64,000 nt of DNA from Candidatus Dormiibacterota bacterium (GTDB lineage Bacteria; Chloroflexota; Dormibacteria; Aeolococcales; Aeolococcaceae), in the NCBI GenBank assembly GCA_963717185.1, contig CAVQVY010000019.1, positions 11,113-75,112 on the forward strand, written 5' to 3'. Of the stretch, positions 42,977 through 51,208 are shown piece by piece (positions within the stretch are counted from its first letter, which is position 1; every line of letters begins with the position of its first letter). A program made the translations under genes and the position numbers. The notes under the pieces were generated by a model that was not told the DNA's origin, did not search any database, and was given only the letters and a program-made list of their open reading frames with translations.

Positions 42977-44508
42977 GGCAGGTCGGTGGTCTCCAGCGGT
43001 GCCGCGATGCGCCGGCGGCCGCGGAGGTAGTTGCGCGCCACGCCAACGAGCAGCAGGCCTTCGAGCAGCGACGAGATCACCAGGACGATGGCGCGCTGGA
43101 TCGGCGTCACCGCCAGCGCGGCCAGGGTGTCAGGCTGACCCGGGGCGCCTGGATGCACGTGCGTCGCCCCCGTATTCGCTGACGAGCCGAGCCCGCCAAG
43201 CCCACCGCCGAGGACGCCCACCACGCCGGTGGCGACCTGCCCGAGCCCGACGCTCGGCGTTGCGGTGGCGGCGGCCGCCAGGCCGTATGCCTCGCCGGCC
43301 AGGCTCGCGATGTGCAGCGTGTACGTCGTGGGCGTGGCGCTGACCCCGCTCGGCGGGATCGCGTTGGGGATCGGCGTGACGGAGTTGATGGTCACGGTCG
43401 CGCCCGTCGCGGCGATGATCGCCTCGTCGCTCGTTGGCTGCTTCTGGACGACGTCGGTGCCGGCGAACGACACGGTCGGCGGGGTCAGCGGGACGGGGCC
43501 GGCGGACGGCGGCAGCACCCCGGGGGGCGGCGTGGGAGTGTTGCCGGCGGGCAGCGTGGTGATCGTCTGCCCCCCGACGCGCAGCCCGTTCTGGTCGAGC
43601 GTGGCGCCCTGGCCGTTGACGGTGACGCCGGCGAACTCGATGCTCTCGCTGGAGATGGCTCGCGGAGCACCGATGGCCCGCTCCGCGTGGACCGTGGCGA
43701 CGACCGCCCCGATGTGGACGGTGGCCGACCCCGGCACCGCAACCTCGACGTCATGGAGCGTGCAGGTGGCATCCTCGGTCACCTTGGAGGCGAGCACGTG
43801 CGCCTCGCTGTGCGCGCTGACCCGCCCGACGCTGACGCCCAGCGCAGGGAGGGATGCGACCCCCAGCGGCACGACCGGCGCCGCGCCGCTCGCCGAGGCC
43901 CCGGCGCCGCTGTCGGCCACGGCCACGCCGTCACCGGCCACGGCCTTGGCGGTTGCCGCGTCGACGGTGAGGATCCCGGACGGGTCGCTGAAGGTGGCGT
44001 TGGGCGTGCCCGCCAGGGTGGCCGTCTGGGTTCCGGGGCTCTGGGCGTTTGGGAAACCGGCGTCGGCGTGCTCATACGGGTAGGTCAGCGCGGGGTTGAA
44101 CGGGTTCTGCACCAGGGTCTGGCCCGCGCTGTTGAGCGGCGGTGGCAGCGTGCCGAGCCCCTGCCCGGCAAACGGCGACGGCGCGCCCGGGTAACCGTTG
44201 GCGATGTAGCCCTCCGCCTCAGGGATGCCCAGCCCGGCGAGCCCGTCCACGGAGTCCCCGGGGTCGGCGGGGGAGGCGATCGCCTCGGAGGCGCCCTCCT
44301 GGACAGCGGTGCCCGCGCGGGGGACCTGCACGTCCGGCTCGACCACGAAGGAGTAGCCGGTCTTGACGGTCAGCTCGAGGGCGGCGCAGCCCCCCTTGAG
44401 GTTGGCGGCGTCGAATGCGCTGGTCGTCGCCGCCCGGGCGGCGACGGAGAGGACCGGCAGCGCCAGCACCGGGACCATCGCGATCGCGGCCAGGGCCCCT
44501 TTTCTCAT
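42973..44508 (-). CDS. unknown exported protein: signal peptide, ~430-aa Ala/Gly/Val/Thr/Pro-rich ectodomain, C-terminal TM anchor
   Basis: Intact 511-aa ORF. The N-terminus is MRKGALAAIAMVPVLALPVLSVAARA and the C-terminus is AIVLVISSLLEGLLLVGVARNYLRGRRR. It has ATGA/GTGA coupling to both ABC-operon neighbours. I recognise no family motif. Confidence 0.65.
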   Translation of the reverse strand: MRKGALAAIAMVPVLALPVLSVAARAATTSAFDAANLKGGCAALELTVKTGYSFVVEPDVQVPRAGTAVQEGASEAIASPADPGDSVDGLAGLGIPEAEGYIANGYPGAPSPFAGQGLGTLPPPLNSAGQTLVQNPFNPALTYPYEHADAGFPNAQSPGTQTATLAGTPNATFSDPSGILTVDAATAKAVAGDGVAVADSGAGASASGAAPVVPLGVASLPALGVSVGRVSAHSEAHVLASKVTEDATCTLHDVEVAVPGSATVHIGAVVATVHAERAIGAPRAISSESIEFAGVTVNGQGATLDQNGLRVGGQTITTLPAGNTPTPPPGVLPPSAGPVPLTPPTVSFAGTDVVQKQPTSDEAIIAATGATVTINSVTPIPNAIPPSGVSATPTTYTLHIASLAGEAYGLAAAATATPSVGLGQVATGVVGVLGGGLGGLGSSANTGATHVHPGAPGQPDTLAALAVTPIQRAIVLVISSLLEGLLLVGVARNYLRGRRRIAAPLETTDLP

Positions 44509-45377
44509 CTGCGCACCTCCTCGGCGTTGGCTGCTGCGTACTCGCCTGCCAGCCGGGCCAGCAGCTCTCCGACGGTCTCGCCGTGCTCACTCGCCAGCGT
44601 CTGCAACGTCCTCTTGTCCGACACCGACAGTGGGACACGCACCGGCTGGAGTTCGACCGTCTCATGAGCACGAGGCTCAGCCTGGTGGTGCACCTCGGCC
44701 GCCTCGCCCCGCTCCAGCGTCGACGCGGGGACGGTGCGTCCGAGCCGCAGCCCGACCAGCCTGGTGACCAGCCCGCTCAGCACCGCAGACGGTCGCTCCT
44801 CGACGACGAGGATTGCGGCGCCGGCAGCGGCGAGGTCGCGAACCAGCGCGGCGACCGCCGCGGCCACCTGCGGCGCCAGGCCGAGAAGAGGTTCGTCGAG
44901 CAGCAGCACTCGGGGACGCGCCAGGGCGGCTCGGGCCAGGGCGAGCTGGCGTTGCTCCCCGCCCGAGAGGGACCCGGCCACCTGGGAGGGGCGGTCGGCG
45001 AGCACAGGGAACCGGGGGAAGAGCGCCTTCACGGCGCCGGACGGGAACGGGCCGCCGTGGCGCTCGGCGAGCTGCAGGTTCTCGCGCACGGTCAGGGTCG
45101 GGAAGATGCCGCCACCTGCCGGGACCAGCAGCAGCCCGCGCCGCGCAGCCTCGCCGGGCGGCAGGGCGCCGAGCTCGGCGCCGTCGAAGAGCACCCGTCC
45201 CTGGTCGGGCGCCAGTGTTCCCGACGCCACCGCGAGAAGGGTGGTCTTGCCGGCCCCGAGGGTGCCGACCACGCCGACAACCTCGGCCGGCTCGACGTCG
45301 ACCGTCACCCCGGAGAGGCCGGTGATGCCCCCGAAGCGGACGGTCACGTCCTCAACGTGCAGCAGCGACGGGCTCAT
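44505..45377 (-). CDS. ABC transporter ATP-binding protein (LivF-like) with a ~65-aa C-terminal ribbon-helix-helix-like extension
   Basis: Motifs: Walker A GTLGAGKTT, signature LSGGEQ, Walker B LLLDEP. The tail is VRVPLSVSDKRTLQTLASEHGETVGELLARLAGEY. Confidence 0.85.
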   Translation of the reverse strand: MSPSLLHVEDVTVRFGGITGLSGVTVDVEPAEVVGVVGTLGAGKTTLLAVASGTLAPDQGRVLFDGAELGALPPGEAARRGLLLVPAGGGIFPTLTVRENLQLAERHGGPFPSGAVKALFPRFPVLADRPSQVAGSLSGGEQRQLALARAALARPRVLLLDEPLLGLAPQVAAAVAALVRDLAAAGAAILVVEERPSAVLSGLVTRLVGLRLGRTVPASTLERGEAAEVHHQAEPRAHETVELQPVRVPLSVSDKRTLQTLASEHGETVGELLARLAGEYAAANAEEVRR

Positions 45378-46143
45378 TCTCGAGCTCTCCCGTGTAGGCG
45401 CGGATGACGTCGGGGTTGCGGCGGACCGCGGCCGGGGTGCCTCGAGCGATCAGCCGTCCGCCCGACATGACGTACACGAAGTCGCAGACGTCGAAGACGA
45501 AGTCGACGTCGTGCTCGACGAGGACGACGGCGAGTCCCAGGTCCGCGGTCAGCCGGCGGGCCAGGTCGGCGAGGGTGGCGAGGTCGTCCGCGGACATCCC
45601 GGAGCCGGCCTCGTCGAGGAGCAGCAGGCGCGGCAGCGCGCAGAGGGCTCGCGCGATCTCCACCAGCCGCCGTCGCCCCAGCGGCAGCGTGCCCACCTGC
45701 CGGGGTGCATCGGACCGGATGCCCACCATGTCGAGGACCCGGTCGACCTCGCGCGCGGCCAGCCACTCCGCGTGGCGGCTGCGCCCGATGCGCAGGCCGT
45801 CCTCGAGCAGGCTGGTGCGCTGCCGCGCCTGGCAGCCGAGCATGAGGTTGTCGCGCACCGTCAACGAGGTGACCAGGTCCACGGCCTGGAAGGTGCGTCC
45901 CAACCCGAGGCGTGCGCGCCGCCACGCGGGCAGCCGGGTGATGTCGCGGTCGTCGAGGTCGATCCGCCCCCGGTTGGGGAGGTTCTCCCCGGCGATGACA
46001 TCGAGCAGCGTGGTCTTGCCCGCGCCGTTGGGGCCGATGAGGCCCACGATTTCGCCCCGGCTCGCGGCCAGCGAGACGTCGTCGACGGCGGTATGGGTGC
46101 CGTAGTCGACGCCGACCCCGTGCACCTCGAGGAGCGCGCTCAT
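45352..46143 (-). CDS. ABC transporter ATP-binding protein (LivG-like) with a degenerate signature motif
   Basis: Motifs: Walker A GPNGAGKTT, Q-loop, Walker B LLLLDEA. The signature position reads LPLGRRR instead of LSYGQQR/LSGGQ. Confidence 0.85.
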   Translation of the reverse strand: MSALLEVHGVGVDYGTHTAVDDVSLAASRGEIVGLIGPNGAGKTTLLDVIAGENLPNRGRIDLDDRDITRLPAWRRARLGLGRTFQAVDLVTSLTVRDNLMLGCQARQRTSLLEDGLRIGRSRHAEWLAAREVDRVLDMVGIRSDAPRQVGTLPLGRRRLVEIARALCALPRLLLLDEAGSGMSADDLATLADLARRLTADLGLAVVLVEHDVDFVFDVCDFVYVMSGGRLIARGTPAAVRRNPDVIRAYTGELENEPVAAAR

Positions 46144-48096
46144 GTCGAGCTCCGCGCCGGGGTGCCCGTGCGTCGTGCCGGGCGCAGCCGGTTGGCGAGC
46201 GCGGCCTCCGCGCGCAGCAGCGGGCGGCTGAGGCCTGCGGGCGCCAGGCTGACCTGCACCAGGAGCAGCACGCCGAGAAGCGCGCCGCCGACGTCGCCCG
46301 GGTCACTGAGGTGGTTGATCAGCGGCAGGCCCGATATCGCCCCGGGTCCGGTGGCCTGCAGCAGGCCGCCGATCACCGCGCCAGCGGTGCTGCCCAGGCC
46401 GCCCACCACCCCGGAGGCGAGCAGGCCGATGGATGCGAAGGGTCCGAAGGCGCGCGACGAGGCCACCTGGTCGACGCCGGCGTAGAGCACCCCGGCGACG
46501 CCGGCGATGAACGCGCTGAGCGCAAACGCCGCCAGGCGGGTGCGCGCCGCGCTGATGCCGAGCGAACTCGGCGGCGTGCTCGGAGTCGCGCACCGCCGCC
46601 ATGCGGCGGCCGGCTCGGCGGGTGCGCAGCGCGCAGACGAACGCGATCAGCAGCGCGACCACGGTGATCTCGAACCAGCAGTACACGAGCGGCGAGCTGA
46701 GCCACCCACCGCGGGAGAGCGCCATCGAACCGGTGGCGCCACCGTTGAAGCCTGCGGTGAAGAACAGGCTGCTCAACGCCGCGCCCACCCCGAGGGTCAC
46801 CACCGCGGTGAGCACCCCCCCGGCCCGGAGCGTGACCAGGCCCACCAGGAAGCCGATCGGCACCGCCGCGAGCCCACCGAGCGGCACCGTCAGGATCAGC
46901 GGGAGATGGGCGATGACTGCCAGGTGGGCCGCCGCAAAAGCGCCCACCCCCATGAATCCGGCCTGGGCGAGCGAGAGCTGCCCGGACATCCCGGTGACCA
47001 CCACCAGGCTGAGGATGGCCGCCGTGTAGGCGACGCCGATCGAGAGGATGTACAGCCCCGAGCCACCGAGGGTCGCCGGGATGACCACCGCTGCGGCGAG
47101 CGCCATCACCACCAGCCCGATCCGCACCGGTCCGTCGACCGGCGCTCGGAGCAGCTCGCCCGCGCCGGAGAGCCCGGCGCGAACCCCACCCGCACGGCCG
47201 GCCTGGCGCCACACGGCGACCGCTCCGATCATCCAGAGGACGGCGATGCCGTCCTGGATGGCGCTGACGTTGATCCACGACGGCGGGCTCGCGGCCGTGA
47301 CCTGGTCGAGGTACTCGCGCGCGAACGCGGTGATCACCCCGATGGCCACGCCGCCCAGCAGGGTGGGGAGCAGGTGCTGGAGGCGCCCGGTGAGGGCTGC
47401 GGCCAGGGCCTGCACCACCAGGAGCGTGAGGATGTAGCTGTTGAGCCCGGTCGAGGGTGCGAGCACGATGCCGGCCAGCGCCGCCGTGGCACCGCCGATG
47501 CCCCACGACAGGGAGCCGATTCGGTCGACCCGGATGCCACCGGCCAGCGCCGTCTCGCGGCTGTCGGCGACCGCCCGGATGGTGGTGCCCGTGCGTGTCC
47601 GCTGGTAGAACATGCCCAGCGCCACGCTGAGCAGGAGCGCCAGGACGGCGATGCCGAGGACGTCGTTGGTGAGGACCACGAGGCCGACGCGGTGGTTGCC
47701 GGAGCCGAACACCGACGGCACGCTGCGGGTGCCGGCGCCGAAGAGCAGCTGGGCGAGGCTGAGCAGGACGTAGAGCAGGCCGAGGCTGGCGGTCATGCGC
47801 ACCATGGCCGGCCGCGACGAGAGCCGCCGCATCACGGCCCAGTCGGTGAGCAGCCCGAGACCCGCCCCGAACGCGCAGCCGGCGATGAACGCGACGAGCA
47901 GACGCAGCGCCGACGGGTGCTGGTTGTCGAGGCCGAGCACGCTCGCGAAGACATAGGTGGCGAACATGCCGAAGGCGCCGTGGGCGAGGTTGATCACTCG
48001 GGACCCGCGGTGGATGGCGACGATGCCCGCGCCGAGCAGCGCGATGGCGCCGCCCTGGGCGAGCCCGAACACGAGCGTCCCGACGATCAGACCCAT
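46140..48096 (-). pseudogene. fused branched-chain-type ABC permease (LivH-LivM fusion), 1 frame break as given
   Basis: ~650-aa polytopic protein. ATG at 48096 (MGLIVGTLVFGL). There is a single switch at ~46568 (an extra T in gagTtcg). The C-terminus continues as LGISAARTRLAAFALSAFIAGVAGVLYAGV... Confidence 0.8.
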
Positions 48097-48183
48097 CGCA
48101 TCCCCGCCGAACCGCGCTCCCGCCGGGCGGATGACGAGCCACAATCAGGGCGCGGGTCAGGGCCGCGTGAGAAGGAGAGGCAG

Positions 48184-48333
48184 ATGCGCCGCGAGGGTTC
48201 GCTGGGACCGGTGCCGGAGGAGAGGGGGATGCCGGTGATCCCCTCGAGCTGGCGACTGCGCGCGCTCATAGCCACGGTGGTGGTCTGCATCGCCCTCTTC
48301 GTCTCCGCCATCCTGATCGGGATCCACGGATGA
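48184..48333 (+). CDS. small (49-aa) single-pass membrane protein
   Basis: The ATG lies 4 nt after a strong SD (GAAGGAGAGG). It contains the TM helix ALIATVVVCIALFVSAILIGI and ends at TGA 48331-48333. Confidence 0.45.
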   Translation: MRREGSLGPVPEERGMPVIPSSWRLRALIATVVVCIALFVSAILIGIHG

Positions 48334-48418
48334 GGGTCTGACCGGGCGGCGCGGCCGCCAACCCTTCCTGCTGGTCCCGCCGTCACATTGTGCCACGCGG
48401 GTCGCACCCAGATATTCA

Positions 48419-48478
48419 CGGTTAACTACCGCGGCGGAGTTGTCAGCGCGGCCACCGACGCCATGAAATAGTTAACCG
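48419..48478. terminator. AT-containing 10-bp inverted repeat CGGTTAACTA/TAGTTAACCG (40-nt spacer with an inner CCGCG/CGCGG stem) between convergent genes
   Basis: It lies between the small ORF (+, ends 48333) and plsY (-, ends 48510). It is either a bidirectional terminator or a protein-binding palindrome. Confidence 0.35.
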
Positions 48479-48509
48479 GAAGTTCAGCAATTTTCCTACG
48501 CGCCGGCGG

Positions 48510-49196
48510 TCAGGCCCCTGGCTCGGCCGGCCCGGGTTCCTCGCGGGGGCCCACCAGCACCTGCCCGGGGCGCTCGTCAAGGAACAGGCGGCGGAGCAGG
48601 ATGCGCCGCTCCCTGTCGGAGGCGGCGTGGCGCATGTCGGCCGAGAGTCCCTCGAGGCGCCGCAGCACCACCAGGAGAAGGAGGGCCGTGCAAGCCAGCG
48701 CCAGGCCGCGGCCCCCGATCCAGGCTGCGGCGATCGGCAGCGCCGAGAACCCGGCGAGCACTCCCACGGCGATGGCGTGGGTGAGCGCCCCGGCCATAAA
48801 ACAGATGAGCAGCACCACCAGCAGGGCGGGGTTGATGGCGGCTGCCGCGCCGGTGGCGACGGCGATGCCACGCTGCCCGTTGAAATGGAACCAGGGCGGC
48901 CAGCCGTTTCCGGCCACCGCACAGATCGCGGCGAGCTCGATGAAGGTGCCGTCGCCGCCGACGGCCCGGGCCACCACCACCGGGACGACGCCCTGGGCGA
49001 ACTGCAGGGGGCCGGAGAGCACTGCGGCGCCCATCCCCGCGTTGCGGAACAGGTTGCTGGTGCCCGGGTTGCCCGAGCCGACGCTGCGGAGCTCGAGGTG
49101 GCGCCAGCGTCCCAGCAGCCAGGCGACGGGCGCCGACCCGACCAGGTACGCGCCCACCAGCACCACCACGGCGACCGCGGTCACCGGCTGGTTCAC
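48510..49196 (-). CDS. plsY: glycerol-3-phosphate acyltransferase PlsY
   Basis: Intact 228-aa polytopic ORF with the GSGNPGTSN motif. Confidence 0.85.
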   Translation of the reverse strand: MNQPVTAVAVVVLVGAYLVGSAPVAWLLGRWRHLELRSVGSGNPGTSNLFRNAGMGAAVLSGPLQFAQGVVPVVVARAVGGDGTFIELAAICAVAGNGWPPWFHFNGQRGIAVATGAAAAINPALLVVLLICFMAGALTHAIAVGVLAGFSALPIAAAWIGGRGLALACTALLLLVVLRRLEGLSADMRHAASDRERRILLRRLFLDERPGQVLVGPREEPGPAEPGA

Positions 49197-50063
49197 GGGT
49201 CGACCGGCGGGGGATCCGTCTGGTGCATCGGGAGCGCGGCAAACCCCACCGCCCCCGGGCCGGTGTAGACACCGATGACCGGCGCCAGCGCCACCGTCTC
49301 ATCCCGCGCGACCGTGCACGCCACCATCAGCATGTCGCGCAGCCGGCCGGCTCGTTCGGCGGCGTCGGCGTGGAAGAGCATCAGCCAGTGCGGGCGGCCC
49401 GGCTCGAGGCGTTCCCGAGCCACCCGCTCCAGCGCGCGGAGCACGCCGCCCTCGGTGCGCGCCAGGCCGACTCGGCCGGTCCCGCCTCCGTGCATCTCGA
49501 ACACCGGCCGCACATGGAGCGCGTCGGACACCCCGGCGACCAGGGCGGGCACGCGCCCGCTGCGCGCGACGTACTCGAGCGTCTCCAGCGCGCCGTACAT
49601 GCGCACCTCCTCGCATGCGCTGCGCACCCGCGCCAGCACGGCGTCGCGGTCCGCGCCGGTCAGCGCAAGGGTGTTGGCGATGCGTGCCACCAGCCCGTAC
49701 GCGACCGCCGCGGTCGGCGTCTCGATGACATCCACGGTGGGCGCGTCATGACGGTTGCGGAACATGTCCGCCGCCAGCGTGGCGCTGGCGAACGTCCCGC
49801 TCCAGCGGGCCGGGATGGTGAGGCAGACGATCGACTCGAATGCCGCCAGCTCTTCGAAGGCGGCGAGGTAGTCCCCGGACTCGGCGTCGACGTCGTCGCC
49901 TTCTCACCGCGGCGCAGCAGCGCGTACACCTCACCATCACGCTGTCGTCGAGCGACGTGTCGCCGACGACGACGTGCATCGGGACGACGGCGCGTCCTTC
50001 GTCGATTCGCTGAGCGAGCGCGGCCCCACTGTCGACGACGAGCGCGACGCGCCGGCTGGTCAC
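49193..50063 (-). pseudogene. DegV-family fatty-acid-binding protein, 2 frame breaks as given
   Basis: VALVVDSGAAL..., TTSTPSPGDYLAAFEEL (the TSQPSPG-type motif), and a C-terminal GPGAVGF. The breaks look like lost G residues in G-runs at ~49937 and ~49872. Confidence 0.8.
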
Positions 50064-50105
50064 CAGGACAGCCCTGAGCGGGTCGCTTGCATGGAGGCTT
50101 CGATG

Positions 50106-50402
50106 CTAGCGAACAGCGCCGATCAGTGGCGCTGGAGTTTGGCGTGGCATGGAGAGCCGCTCACGCCAGGCGACCGGCCGGGGCCGGCGGGCGATCGACC
50201 GCGGGCGGACGCCGGGGCTGAGGTCGAGGATGTCCGACCAGACCGCGTGAGTCTGCGCCGGCACCGGTGCCGGCCCGTCGAGCACTGCCTGGAGCGGGAG
50301 CTCGCAAGCGTGGCACACGATCCAGATGGGACCGGGCTCGGAGATCTGGCGCTCGAGCCGGTGGCGTTCGCCGCAGTCTTCACAGGTGATGGTCACTCTC
50401 AT
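50106..50402 (-). CDS. small zinc-ribbon protein (CxxC...CxxC), first gene of the degV-plsY unit
   Basis: 98-aa ORF beginning MRVTITCEDCGERH...IVCHACELP. The first ~50 codons are GC3-rich and the Arg/Pro-rich tail is less convincing. Confidence 0.45.
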   Translation of the reverse strand: MRVTITCEDCGERHRLERQISEPGPIWIVCHACELPLQAVLDGPAPVPAQTHAVWSDILDLSPGVRPRSIARRPRPVAWRERLSMPRQTPAPLIGAVR

Positions 50403-50533
50403 CGCTCCTGCAGGGTGGCATTGCCGCTGCTACGGACTGAGCCCGCCGCCGTCGCCACCCGGATACCGCCCAGCAACGAATCGCCGACATCCTTTTCCGG
50501 GAAGGCGGGCGGAAGGCGGTCGAGGCCTCCGCT

Positions 50534-50587
50534 GCAAACAGGCTTCGCAGGCGTTTGCGTCGCTGCGAACTCCCCACCGGGGAGTTC
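50534..50587. repeat. two hairpins related to the G/C-run repeat family
   Basis: GCAAAC-aggcttcgcaggc-GTTTGC (50534-50558) and GAACTCCCC-acc-GGGGAGTTC (50567-50587), followed by tccgctccTTCGCc (compare GGAGTTCCCCCTTCGCT in copies A and B). Confidence 0.45.
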
Positions 50588-50867
50588 TCCGCTCCTTCGC
50601 CTGCTGCAGAACTTGCGGAAACCTCGACCCCCTTCCGCCCTCTCGGCATCGACTGGTCCAGTCTCACTTTGGGGTAGTTCTGCGGGCCGTGGGTGTTTTA
50701 TGGATGGGTTGGCCGCTCATTGGGGTAGCGGGCGCTGTCCGTTTTCAACCACCCGGCCCCGCCCGCCAGGGACGTGGATCAACCCATCCAACGTGGTTGT
50801 ACCTCTCCGTAAAGGACCGAACGACCCCCACCGAAGGCGCCTAAATCCATAGCTGGTGGGGGCGGCG

Positions 50868-51003
50868 GGAAGGGCGGGGAGGGAGGCACGTCGCGGAGGG
50901 AGCATTGCTCGCAGACGAAGAGACCGACCCGGCGAAGCCGGGGGGCTCTGATGCGCCCGCGAGCACGGCGACCGGAGCGATGTGCTCCCCTCCCCGCCCG
51001 GCT
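50868..51003. repeat. ~135-nt imperfect long hairpin with a G-tract arm (also a G-quadruplex-type motif)
   Basis: GGGCGGGGAGGGAGGCACGTCGC (50872-50894) pairs with GCGATGTGCTCCCCTCCCCGCCC (50977-50999; one bulge, one G.T). Inner stems are TGCTCGC/GCGAGCA and CCCGGC-gaa-GCCGGG. The left arm carries 5 G-tracts. Confidence 0.55.
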
Positions 51004-51208
51004 TAAAGGTCGCCCGCGCCTGTCCGCTACACTTGTTGGGATCGCATCGGCACGGGCGCTTGCGCCCGTCAGAGCCATCAGCGCGATCGTTCCGCGGCTC
51101 CGCCGCAACGTTCCCGACCGGCATGGCTGAGCAACAGGTGACCCGGCGACCCGTCGGACGCCGTCGAGTCTCTGCCGCAGTGCCGCCGGGAGGTGTCAAA
51201 GGAGAAGC

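Noticed and set aside
50403-51208. Possibility that the long spacer hides RNase P RNA, tmRNA, SRP RNA, 6S RNA, a T-box, a common riboswitch, or a decayed cmk gene (a frequent rpsA neighbour).
   Set aside because: I found none of the following on either strand: GGAAAGTCCGG-type P4 sequence (only a loose CCCGGCTTA), tRNA-like 3' end or tag ORF, SRP GGAA/AGCA motif, B12/TPP/SAM cores, or P-loop-encoding stretch. Visual search is weak, so the region is kept as a finding rather than assigned.
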